Shown here: piece after piece, positions 19,310 through 29,608 of the stretch
How the letters are laid out: the number at the start of each line of letters is the position of its first letter
How positions within the stretch are numbered: the stretch's first letter is position 1
From: an uncultured Verrucomicrobiae bacterium
GTDB lineage: Bacteria > Verrucomicrobiota > Verrucomicrobiia > Opitutales > JABDGR01
Direction: 5' to 3'
Length of the DNA stretch: 64,000 bases
Assembly (NCBI GenBank): GCA_963765205.1
Contig: CAVXVB010000005.1
Span: forward strand, 192,001-256,000
The notes under the pieces: model-generated
Seen by the model: only the letters and a program-made list of their open reading frames with translations
What the model was told of the DNA's origin: nothing
The model's database searches: none
Position numbers and translations under genes: made by a program

Positions 19310-20083
19310 ATGAAAGCATCCCCCATTCTTCTCTCCGTCGGTCTCTTCGCGCTCACGGTTGGCTCCGCCTTCGCGGATGTCGGGCCGGCGCCCCAGCCGC
19401 CGCGCGCGCCCCAACTGCGCCCCGATACCAGCTCCACCGCGCAGGCCCATTTGGACGTGGCCCAGACGGCCGTGAAACAGGCGCTGGCCGCCCTCATTCG
19501 CTCCACCACCACCAGCCATGGCGGCTACCTCGAAAAAGCCATGGTCGAGGTGAATAAAGCCACGGATGACCTGACCCAGGCTGCCGCCTATATTAAAGCG
19601 CATCCCGAAGCGAATGCGCTGGCGAATGGCCCCGCGCCCGCCGAGACCTCGAAGGTGAGCTTTACTGTGGCTCCGGCGGCCGTGCGCGGCGCGCGCGGCA
19701 CCCGCGGCGGCGTCCCTCTCCAAACGAACATGATCGAGGCCCTCGATGCGTTGAATGCCGCCTTGAACGAATTTATGAATCCCGCCGGCAGCGACTACCA
19801 CGGCCCCGTCATGGGGGATTTGGGCGGTTTCCGCCAGAAAATCATGGACGACTTGGTCCAGGCGAACACGGATGTGCTTGCGGGCATCAACTACGCGAAC
19901 GGCAGTGGCGTGCCGCCCGCCACGCCCGCGCCTGCCGCCCAACCGATCAAGGCCGCCGTCTCCGCAGACGACAACGGCACTGACCCGCGCCTGTCATCTG
20001 CCATCGCCGGGCTGGCGTTGAGCGTCGCGCTGAGCCTCGGCGGGCTGCATGTGTTTTCCCGGAATAAACTGGCGAAGAAGTAG
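19310..20083 (+). CDS. Exported protein with C-terminal TM anchor and basic tail; helical domain paralogous to 17913-19244
   Basis: Signal peptide AFA-DVGPAP; shared KAHPE and GDLGGxRxxIM motifs; C-terminus AIAGLALSVALSLGGLHVFSRNKLAKK. Confidence 0.85.
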   Translation: MKASPILLSVGLFALTVGSAFADVGPAPQPPRAPQLRPDTSSTAQAHLDVAQTAVKQALAALIRSTTTSHGGYLEKAMVEVNKATDDLTQAAAYIKAHPEANALANGPAPAETSKVSFTVAPAAVRGARGTRGGVPLQTNMIEALDALNAALNEFMNPAGSDYHGPVMGDLGGFRQKIMDDLVQANTDVLAGINYANGSGVPPATPAPAAQPIKAAVSADDNGTDPRLSSAIAGLALSVALSLGGLHVFSRNKLAKK

Positions 20084-20120
20084 CCACGAGCTTACTTTAT
20101 CATTTACGCGCTCATTCGCC

Positions 20121-21161
20121 ATGTCCGAAGCCGTCCTCGCTCCGCTCGCGCTTCCCGCCTCCGGCAAATGTGCCGATCGGAGCGCGGTGGCGTTTGGCCT
20201 CGCGGCGTTGTCGGTGGTCGTGTTGTCGGCGCTGCTGGCTGGGTTTGTGCCGCTGGCGTTTTCAATCGTCACGGTCTTTCTTTTTGCAGGGCCACATAAT
20301 TGGTTTGAGATTCGCTATTTCCTCAGCCGCATGCCGCCGCGCTGGGGGACGCTGCGGGTGTTCTTCCTGACTTCCATCGCCGGCGTGGTGACGCTGACGC
20401 TGGCCTTCATCGCCATTCCCGTCCTGAGCCGCGAATTCGACTGGAGCGGGGCGGCGATCATGAACGCCTCCGCCGCGTGGAACAGCGCGCTGATTTTGTG
20501 GATTGCCGCCTTGGTTGTGTTGCGCAAGCGACAGAAGACGCGCGGGGCGCGGCCGGGCGACTGGCATTTGCCGCTGGGCATCGCCTGCCTGCTGGTCAGC
20601 GGCGTGTGGATTTACCCAGCGGCGTATGACGTGGGGATTGTCTATCTGCATCCGTTCGTGGCGTTGTGGTTTCTCGACCGGGAAATCGCGCGGCAGCGCC
20701 CGGCCTGGCAGCGGGTTTACCGGCGCTGCCTGCTGGCGATTCCCGTGGCGCTGGTGATCCTGTGGTGGCAGTTGGTCAATTCGCCGCCGCTCGAGGGCAA
20801 CGACATGCTGACGATGCGCATCACGCGCCACGCCGGGGCGGAAATCCTCACCGGCATTTCCTCGCACGCGCTGGTGGCGACGCACACGTTTCTCGAGATG
20901 ATTCACTACGGGGTCTGGATTGTGGCGATGCCGTTGGTGGCGCTGCGCACTGCGCCGTGGAACTTGACGGCGGTGCCGCTGGCGCGCCGCTCGTCGTCGT
21001 GGAAATGGTTCGTCATTGCCACGGGCATCGTGGGCCTGTTCATCGTGCTGGCGCTCTGGGGCGCGTTCCTGGTTAATTACCCGATTACGCGCGACGTTTA
21101 CTTTACGGTGGCCATCGGCCATGTGCTGGCGGAAGCCTCCTTCCTGCTGAGGCTGTTATGA
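20121..21161 (+). CDS. Polytopic membrane protein with histidine motifs
   Basis: About 9-10 hydrophobic segments; GPHNWFEIRY, YLHP, HTFLEMIHY, GHVLAE. Confidence 0.85.
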   Translation: MSEAVLAPLALPASGKCADRSAVAFGLAALSVVVLSALLAGFVPLAFSIVTVFLFAGPHNWFEIRYFLSRMPPRWGTLRVFFLTSIAGVVTLTLAFIAIPVLSREFDWSGAAIMNASAAWNSALILWIAALVVLRKRQKTRGARPGDWHLPLGIACLLVSGVWIYPAAYDVGIVYLHPFVALWFLDREIARQRPAWQRVYRRCLLAIPVALVILWWQLVNSPPLEGNDMLTMRITRHAGAEILTGISSHALVATHTFLEMIHYGVWIVAMPLVALRTAPWNLTAVPLARRSSSWKWFVIATGIVGLFIVLALWGAFLVNYPITRDVYFTVAIGHVLAEASFLLRLL

Positions 21162-21610
21162 TTGAACTCACCCCCCACGGCCTCGGTTGGATGCGGTCGT
21201 TTTTAGGCGATGTGGCCGCGCCCGTGGACATGGGCCAATTGTGGGCCTTTCTCCCCTACGGCTATTTAATCACGGTGGCGATTGAGACGCCGGTGCTGCT
21301 GGTGGGCCTGTCGCGCCCCCATTCCTGGCGGCGGTGCGTGGCGGCGGGGATTTGGCTGAATGCCTGTTCCTATCCCATCGTGGTCATCGTGCTGCCCGCG
21401 CTGCTCGGGTTGGAGCCGCGGTGGCGCTACCTCACCGTTGCCGAAATTTTTGCCCCGGTGTGCGAGTGTACGCTCTTTGCGCTGGCCTTCCACACCGCCG
21501 CCCTGAGCCGGCGCGACCGCCTCCAGGACTTAATCACCATCACGCTTGCCAACCTCTGCTCCTTTTTGGGCGGTGAATGGCTGGGCCACCACGGCTGGTT
21601 TAATGTGTGA
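21158..21610 (+). CDS. Small 4-TM membrane protein, translationally coupled to the upstream gene
   Basis: ATGA overlap; polar residues in TM segments (TVAIETP, NACSYP, AEIFAPVCE, ANLCSF). Confidence 0.82.
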   Translation: MIELTPHGLGWMRSFLGDVAAPVDMGQLWAFLPYGYLITVAIETPVLLVGLSRPHSWRRCVAAGIWLNACSYPIVVIVLPALLGLEPRWRYLTVAEIFAPVCECTLFALAFHTAALSRRDRLQDLITITLANLCSFLGGEWLGHHGWFNV

Positions 21611-21748
21611 AAGCGCCGCCGGGGGCGGGTGAAATTAGCCAACAGGCTACAAAACCCGCCCCCGGCGGGTCAGAAGGCGGTGGGGCGCCTGCTTTGATAA
21701 ATGCGTGGCAATTTTGGAATTATTTGTCTATTCTGGCTCTCCATTCTT

Positions 21749-23686
21749 ATGTCCGGCGACTTCTCCTGGTTCAGCGGTTTGCTTTCCACCGTGTGGGGGC
21801 TGGCGTTTGTCGCGCTCCTGCTCGGCGGTTCGATTTTTGTGCATGAGCTGGGGCATTTCCTCGCCGCGCGCTGGCGGGGGCTGAAGGTGGACCGCTTTTC
21901 CATTGGCTTTGACCCCAAAATTTTTTCCTGGAAAGGCAAGGACGGCGTCGAATACCAGATAGGCTGGATTCCGCTCGGCGGTTATGTGGCCCTGCCCCAA
22001 CTGGCCAACAGCGCCATTGAGGGCGAATCTTCCACCCCCGCGCGGGAGCTGCCACCCGTTGCCTATATTGACAAGATGATCACTGTGGTGGCGGGCGTGG
22101 TCTTTAACCTGTTATTCGCGCTGGCGTTGTCGCTGATCCTTTGGAAAGTCGGCGTGCCCTGGCCGTCGGCGTCGGACACCCAGGTTGTCGGCTATGTCTT
22201 TCCCACCATGGAGGCTTTGCGCACCGGCGTGCCGACGTTCGATTTGCCGCCCAGCCACATCCAGCGCGACTTTCCGCCGGACCCTTCACCCGCCCCCGCG
22301 GCCGCGGCCGGACTCAAACCGGGCGACCGCATCCTGGCGGTGGATGGCCGGGCCATTGCCAATTTCCGCGATTTGCCCGAGGCCATCGCCCTCAGCTCCG
22401 GCCGCGACGAGGCCGGCCATCCGCTGGTCACGATCACCTACGAGCGCGACGGCGTGCAGCAGGACGCGAAGGTTTATCCCGCGCTAGTGCCCACCAACAC
22501 GCGGGCGGGCGATCCCATCCGGGAAATCGGCCTGATGCCCGCGGAAAAGATGGTCATTGGGGACATGATGGCGTGGTCGCCGGCGCGGGCCGCCGGCCTG
22601 CGCGAAGGCGACGAAATCCTCGCGGTCAACGGGCATAAAATTTATTCCAACGCACAGCTTGGCGATGATTATATCAGCAAGTCCAACGGCCAACCGCTGG
22701 ATTTCACCATCCGCCGCGCGGGCCAGACGATGGATTTGACGGTGCATCCTGCGCCGGTGCCGCTCACCGCGCCGCTGGCGACCATCACGGTGAATAATAC
22801 CGCCGGCACGGCGTCGCTCGACATTCTGCCAATTTACAAAGTCGGCGAGGGCGGAGACGCCGCCGCGCCCACCACGCCCGCGCAAAAACTGCTGGTCTGG
22901 AATGAGGACAATCGCGGCGGCGCCTTTGGCACGATGCGACCCGGTGATTATCTGCTCAAAGTCAATGGCCACGAAGTCGCCTCGGTGCAGCAAGTGGTGG
23001 ACGCGCTCCAGGCCACACCCGCCGGGTCGGCGCCGAGTCTCGTCTTTGACAGTGAAAGCACAAGTGAAACGGCCACCTGCACGCTGCCGGCTGCCGCCGT
23101 GGCCACCGTCACCCCGCCGACCATGATCACCCGCATCGGGATCACCGGCTGGCTGGACGATGCGCCGCCCGAACATCCCACGCCCCCCGCCCAGTTTTCG
23201 CACGCCTTCGGGCAAATTTTCGGCATGTTGGGCGCGCTGTTCAACCGGCATTCCGATGTTGGCATCCAACAATTGACCGGGCCAATTGGCATGAGCCGCA
23301 TGATTTACCAGTTCTCGGAAGTGGACGTGCGCATGGCGCTGTGGTTTGCGTTCATCATCAATGTCAACCTCGCCATCCTTAACCTGCTGCCCATCCCCGT
23401 GTTGGACGGCGGGCATATTCTCTTCTTCACGATTGCGCGCCTGCGCCGCCGCGAACTGCCGCTGAGTTTTATTTCGACGGCGCAAGGCGTCTGCCTGGTG
23501 CTGATCATGAGCCTCGCGCTGTATGTCATCATCAACGACTCGCGCCGCTGGGGCGGCGAAAACGACGCCGAGGCCAAGGCCCGGCACGACAGTTATTACT
23601 ACCTTGACCAGGATAGCATGAGATTTCCCGCGCCCCCGGCGGCCTCCGCGCCGTCGTCCCCGCCCGCCGCGCCCACACAACCCTGA
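21749..23686 (+). CDS. rseP: RseP/M50 intramembrane zinc metalloprotease with three PDZ-like segments
   Basis: HELGH, FSIGF, WIPLGGYV, NLLPIPVLDGGH; GLKPGDRILAVDG, GLREGDEILAVNG, MRPGDYLLKVNG. Confidence 0.93.
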   Translation: MSGDFSWFSGLLSTVWGLAFVALLLGGSIFVHELGHFLAARWRGLKVDRFSIGFDPKIFSWKGKDGVEYQIGWIPLGGYVALPQLANSAIEGESSTPARELPPVAYIDKMITVVAGVVFNLLFALALSLILWKVGVPWPSASDTQVVGYVFPTMEALRTGVPTFDLPPSHIQRDFPPDPSPAPAAAAGLKPGDRILAVDGRAIANFRDLPEAIALSSGRDEAGHPLVTITYERDGVQQDAKVYPALVPTNTRAGDPIREIGLMPAEKMVIGDMMAWSPARAAGLREGDEILAVNGHKIYSNAQLGDDYISKSNGQPLDFTIRRAGQTMDLTVHPAPVPLTAPLATITVNNTAGTASLDILPIYKVGEGGDAAAPTTPAQKLLVWNEDNRGGAFGTMRPGDYLLKVNGHEVASVQQVVDALQATPAGSAPSLVFDSESTSETATCTLPAAAVATVTPPTMITRIGITGWLDDAPPEHPTPPAQFSHAFGQIFGMLGALFNRHSDVGIQQLTGPIGMSRMIYQFSEVDVRMALWFAFIINVNLAILNLLPIPVLDGGHILFFTIARLRRRELPLSFISTAQGVCLVLIMSLALYVIINDSRRWGGENDAEAKARHDSYYYLDQDSMRFPAPPAASAPSSPPAAPTQP

Positions 23687-23991
23687 TTGGTAAGGGTAGT
23701 GTTTGGTGGTCCGGTCCAGCTTTCCGTAGCGCGGTGGCTATGCCCCTTTTCCGCACTTAACCTTAGTGATTGATACAAGGCTACTTGCGAAAAAATTAAG
23801 GGTTTTACGGATACCGATGGGTAAGTGGGTGGAGACAAGCCGGAGGAAACCCTTAAGCCCGTTGCCACCCGGATATGACTTCGGGACCCCTCATTTCAAA
23901 TTGAGAACTATTGACATAATCCGGGTTGGAAGTTTACTCAAAGCATACGGGAAATTGATCTGGCATAAAGCCGCACCCGGGAGGCAAACCG

Positions 23992-24462
23992 ATGACAGCC
24001 CAAGAATTGGATAAATACACAGCGGGGCTGACCGCTGACCAAACTAAGGCCATCCACAGCCTGCGGAAGTTGATTCTGAAATACAACCCCGGGATGACGG
24101 AAAGTGTGAACTCGGGCAAATGGCTGACGGGCCTGATCATTTATTGCATGGGGGACGGGCCGTTTATCTACGCGCTGGGGCCGCGCCCGGAGGGCATGAC
24201 CACGTTTCATATGATGCCTTATTATGGATCGACGGTGCTGCGCGAAAAACACGGGGCGGCATTTAAGAAGTTTGAAACAGGCAAGAGTTGCATTTTATTC
24301 CAGAAAGTCACGGACCTACCCCAGCAAGGGCTTATTGACGTGATTGACAAGGGTACCAAGGCGACCGTGGAAATTATCAGGGCACGGATGAAAAAGCCGG
24401 GAAAAAAACAAACGCAGCCTGTTCGTGGCACCGCGCTACGGAACGCGCAACACCTCCCGTAA
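23992..24462 (+). CDS. DUF1801-like protein
   Basis: LDKY...LRKLILKYNPGMTE...TGKSCILF pattern; GGAGG RBS upstream. Confidence 0.65.
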   Translation: MTAQELDKYTAGLTADQTKAIHSLRKLILKYNPGMTESVNSGKWLTGLIIYCMGDGPFIYALGPRPEGMTTFHMMPYYGSTVLREKHGAAFKKFETGKSCILFQKVTDLPQQGLIDVIDKGTKATVEIIRARMKKPGKKQTQPVRGTALRNAQHLP

Positions 24463-24485
24463 CCACGGAGTTCTTTTCGCCGCCG

Positions 24486-24851
24486 CTACTTCACCAACCG
24501 CAGGGTGAGGGGATAATGATAGCACAGGCCGTCAGACGCTTTGAGAGCGGCTTTAATTGAGCAGACTAGGAAGCAAATAACCAGCGCGATCAAAAGCGGA
24601 ATTCCGATCAAGAGGGCAACCAGCAGCATACCGCACACCGCGTAAATGATCACTGAAATATGAAAATTCAGCGCTTCGCGGGCGTTGGCGGCCACATATT
24701 CGGAATCCCGCTTCATCACCAGATACACGACCAGCGGCAGGAGGAACGGCACCCCCAAAAACCATGAAAGATGGCTCAGGACACTCCAGAGCCGGTCACT
24801 GCTGCTGGGCAGCGGCCCGGCTTGCATATAGGGAGGAGAGAGGGTGGACAT
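24486..24851 (-). CDS. DUF4870-family membrane protein
   Basis: LSHLS...PLVVYL...AREALNFHIS...YHYPLTLRL. Confidence 0.85.
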   Translation of the reverse strand: MSTLSPPYMQAGPLPSSSDRLWSVLSHLSWFLGVPFLLPLVVYLVMKRDSEYVAANAREALNFHISVIIYAVCGMLLVALLIGIPLLIALVICFLVCSIKAALKASDGLCYHYPLTLRLVK

Positions 24852-24973
24852 GGTGAAGATGGGTTGGCTCCTTTATACCACACCGCGGAAAATCGTCCAT
24901 TATAATTTCCGGGCATGGTTCTAATCGGCGGGCGGGGGCCAATCTGCCGGAACGACAGGTCAAGTCTTCCCTA

Positions 24974-25002
24974 TTGACGCAATTAGCCTTTCCTTTTAGC
25001 TT
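24974..25002 (+). promoter_or_regulatory. Sigma70-like promoter, probably giving a leaderless mRNA for the TA pair
   Basis: TTGACG-N17-TAGCTT; GTG start follows after a 7-nt gap. Confidence 0.6.
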
Positions 25003-25009
25003 ATCGCCC

Positions 25010-25228
25010 GTGAGCACGAACACCTTGCCCGCTGCCCGCGGATCCGTCGCCCGACGCCAAAGACATCCTGTTCGGGTGGCAGGGGCTTCTCGCGTGCCCA
25101 ACGCCGAGACCGTGCGCGCGCTCCAAGAGGCTGAATCAGGCTTGGGCGTGCGCCGGTTCGCCACCGTCAAGGGCTTCATGGCCCATCTTCACCGCCATGC
25201 GCGCGCCAAGCAGCACGCCTCGGTTTGA
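25010..25228 (+). CDS. DinJ/RelB-like antitoxin (C-terminal toxin-binding part only)
   Basis: VPNAETVRALQEAESG...RFATVKGFMAHL matches the DinJ C-terminal pattern; overlaps the toxin start. Confidence 0.7.
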   Translation: MSTNTLPAARGSVARRQRHPVRVAGASRVPNAETVRALQEAESGLGVRRFATVKGFMAHLHRHARAKQHASV

Positions 25229-25595
25229 GCGCGAATATGGGGAAGCGCTGGCGAGCGGGGAGTTTTCTACCGACGACTTCGAGCGGCTGGTCTATGTCCT
25301 CTGCAAATACGAACGATTGCCGACGGAGGAATTGCAGCGTTATCAGGAACACGCCTTGGCGGATGAGTATTGGGGCTACTTGGAATGCCATCTTTCCAGG
25401 GACTTTATTGTCATTTATAAAAAATTTTCCGATGAAGTGCGTTTTGCCCGGATCGGGCGGCATCGTCAATTGTTCCGCCACCGCAAGCATGGTGAAAAAG
25501 GCGTGTCGCCGACTGAAACCATGGGTGGATCAGTGGAAGATGCCCTGGCGAAAACCACCCGCGCCCTCAAAAAGTGGTGGCAGCGCAAGGGTTAA
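25197..25595 (+). CDS. YafQ-family (RelE superfamily) mRNA interferase toxin
   Basis: YQEHAL...WGYLECHLSRDFIVIY...RIGRHRQLF. Confidence 0.85.
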   Translation: MRAPSSTPRFEREYGEALASGEFSTDDFERLVYVLCKYERLPTEELQRYQEHALADEYWGYLECHLSRDFIVIYKKFSDEVRFARIGRHRQLFRHRKHGEKGVSPTETMGGSVEDALAKTTRALKKWWQRKG

Positions 25596-25691
25596 GGTGA
25601 ATTTGGTCGGCCAAAACGGCCCCCTATTTTCGCCGTGCCTTTTGCCCAACTAAGCACTAAGAACTAGAACACCAGAGCACTTTCCTTTCCC

Positions 25692-27791
<2,100 letters not shown>

Positions 27792-27814
27792 CAAACCGGC
27801 CCAGTATCCACGGA

Positions 27815-27842
27815 TTGACGTAACGCAGCTTTGTGCTATTTT
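27815..27842 (+). promoter_or_regulatory. Sigma70-like promoter with extended -10, probably leaderless
   Basis: TTGACG-N16-TATTTT with TGn; ATG at 27849. Confidence 0.55.
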
Positions 27843-27848
27843 AAGATA

Positions 27849-28127
27849 ATGACTCTCCGCCAGAAAATCACCCGCATCAAGCGCACGTTGCGCAAAGACC
27901 CACAGGCCACCTGCCCGCGGCTAGAATTGCGCGGAGTCACTTGGAAAAAGCACTCCAATTACAAGCACACCACCCGCGCCTGGGACAAGGCGCGCATCGA
28001 ATTGGGCCTGGCCACGCCGCTCGATATCCAGCGAGAAAATTCCGCCTTTCGTTTCGACCCGAAATTTCCACCGCGCATCTTGCGTTTCAGCACCCATGCC
28101 CCCGTTCGATCCCGCCGCGTTTCATGA
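27849..28127 (+). CDS. Small basic hypothetical protein, possible partner of the downstream nucleotidyltransferase
   Basis: 92-aa ORF behind a promoter, overlapping the next gene by 32 bp. Confidence 0.6.
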   Translation: MTLRQKITRIKRTLRKDPQATCPRLELRGVTWKKHSNYKHTTRAWDKARIELGLATPLDIQRENSAFRFDPKFPPRILRFSTHAPVRSRRVS

Positions 28128-28854
28128 GGTTTTTCAGGCTTTGAACGCGCTGCCGATTGTCGGCGGGCAAGCGATTAATGCCTGGGCGGAGCGGTATCTT
28201 CCCCGGGAGCCGGCTTTGCAGGAATTTATCCCCTTCCTTAGCAAAGATGCGGATTTGTTTGGCGAACGCGTGCAGATTCAGCGCGGGCCGCCCCCGCCCG
28301 GCTGGGTGGTCGCTTATTATTCCGAGCCTCGCCAGTCCGCAGTGGCGCTGTTGACCAAGGATTTGGCCCAGGGCGAACAATTGCGCGTCGAGGTCATGCG
28401 CGCCGTCCATGGTCTGGATCTCCATGATCTGAGTGACGCCACGCTGGTCGAAATCGCGCCGGGCCGCGTCTACCGCTTGCCTTCGCCGCTGCGCCTGATC
28501 AAGGCCAAAATCGCCAATGTCCACGACTTGACCCGCCACGAACGCCCGCAGGACCTCAAGCATGTGCGGATGCTCGTGCTAGTCTGTGCGGCATATCTGC
28601 GCGAACTTCACGCCGCCGTGTGCGCCGGCCAAGCCCCGGAGCGCAGCCTGATCGACGCGTTGCAGGAATTGGACAAGCTCCTTCGCTCGCCCAAAGCCCT
28701 CGCCATTGCAGCCCGGCACCGCGTGGCGCTCACGCCTGCACTCCCGCTTGACCTGGCGGCGGATCAGATCCCAAAACTCGCCGCATTTTATACGCGCCGG
28801 TCTACAGAGGCAGGCGGAAAAGCCAAGAAACCCCGCTCCCGGCGCAAACCATAG
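28096..28854 (+). CDS. Pol-beta superfamily nucleotidyltransferase-like protein
   Basis: IVGGQAINAWA...SKDADLF (GG...DxD), LIKAK, RPQDLKH. Confidence 0.7.
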   Translation: MPPFDPAAFHEVFQALNALPIVGGQAINAWAERYLPREPALQEFIPFLSKDADLFGERVQIQRGPPPPGWVVAYYSEPRQSAVALLTKDLAQGEQLRVEVMRAVHGLDLHDLSDATLVEIAPGRVYRLPSPLRLIKAKIANVHDLTRHERPQDLKHVRMLVLVCAAYLRELHAAVCAGQAPERSLIDALQELDKLLRSPKALAIAARHRVALTPALPLDLAADQIPKLAAFYTRRSTEAGGKAKKPRSRRKP

Positions 28855-28944
28855 GACGCGGTTTTCATTGACTTGCATGGCCAATGGGTTGAGCCTGAGT
28901 TGGTGCCCGCGGGGGAGAAAGGATTTTCTTATGGCTGAACTAAA

Positions 28945-29110
28945 ATGAGCACAACAATCGCATTTATTCTTACGATTATCGGAGGAGTGCTCACGTTTTC
29001 AATGGGGCAATTCCTGCTTAAAGCTGTGCTTGAGCCGTTTTTGGAGTTGAAGCGTCAAATTGGCGAAATTGCCCATGACCTGGATTTCTACGCGAATCAA
29101 ATGTTTTACA
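28945..29110 (+). pseudogene. Probable truncated gene fragment (TM plus helix)
   Basis: AT-rich 55-codon start (TIIGGVLTFSMGQFLLKAVLEP...) that runs into the antisense of the convergent gene. Confidence 0.45.
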
Positions 29111-29471
29111 CCGCAATCTTCGGCTCGCCTGTCACTAACTTTTTTGCCTGCGAGTCCACGCGCAAGTTCAGCCCTTCGAGGGCGCGGCAGCCGAGGAGGA
29201 GCAGGTCGCCGGGTTCGGCGAAGACGACTTCGTCGGTGGTCTCCGCTTTTTCCACCATCAGGACGGCGTAGCCGACCGAGCGGGTGATGATTTGCCCGTC
29301 GGCCATGCGGATTGGCAGGTCCTTCTTGCGGCGTTCGATGCCAAGTTTTTCCAAGACATGCGTGTCTACCCAGGTGAACATCGAATCCGGTTGCACCGCA
29401 AGTTTGGGCACCACGGCGGATTTCCCGTCCTGGTGGTTTTCAACTTTGCAGCCAACGTGAAAGAGGCCCAT
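29106..29471 (-). CDS. Retropepsin-like (clan AA) aspartyl protease homologue with degenerate active site
   Basis: LEKLGI, MADGQ flap, LLGCRALEGLNL; VQPDS stands where VDTGS is expected. Confidence 0.75.
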   Translation of the reverse strand: MGLFHVGCKVENHQDGKSAVVPKLAVQPDSMFTWVDTHVLEKLGIERRKKDLPIRMADGQIITRSVGYAVLMVEKAETTDEVVFAEPGDLLLLGCRALEGLNLRVDSQAKKLVTGEPKIAV

Positions 29472-29608
29472 GACGTGGTGAAAATACGATGGGCGCAGGT
29501 TTTGGTCAAATATAGAAATAGGGTAGAATCTTTCCGTAAATTAAGAGATTGCTCGAAATGCACTCCAGTCCTTTTTGCGCTCCTATGCGCCTCAGTCCCG
29601 CGCCGCCA

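Noticed and set aside
23961..23975. Sigma-54 promoter TGGCA...GC before the DUF1801-like gene
   Set aside because: The GG-to-GC spacing is 9 nt rather than the required 10.
23687..23991. 300-bp lower-GC intergenic region as ncRNA or att site
   Set aside because: No convincing stem structure or partner repeat found by eye; an Rfam scan would be needed.
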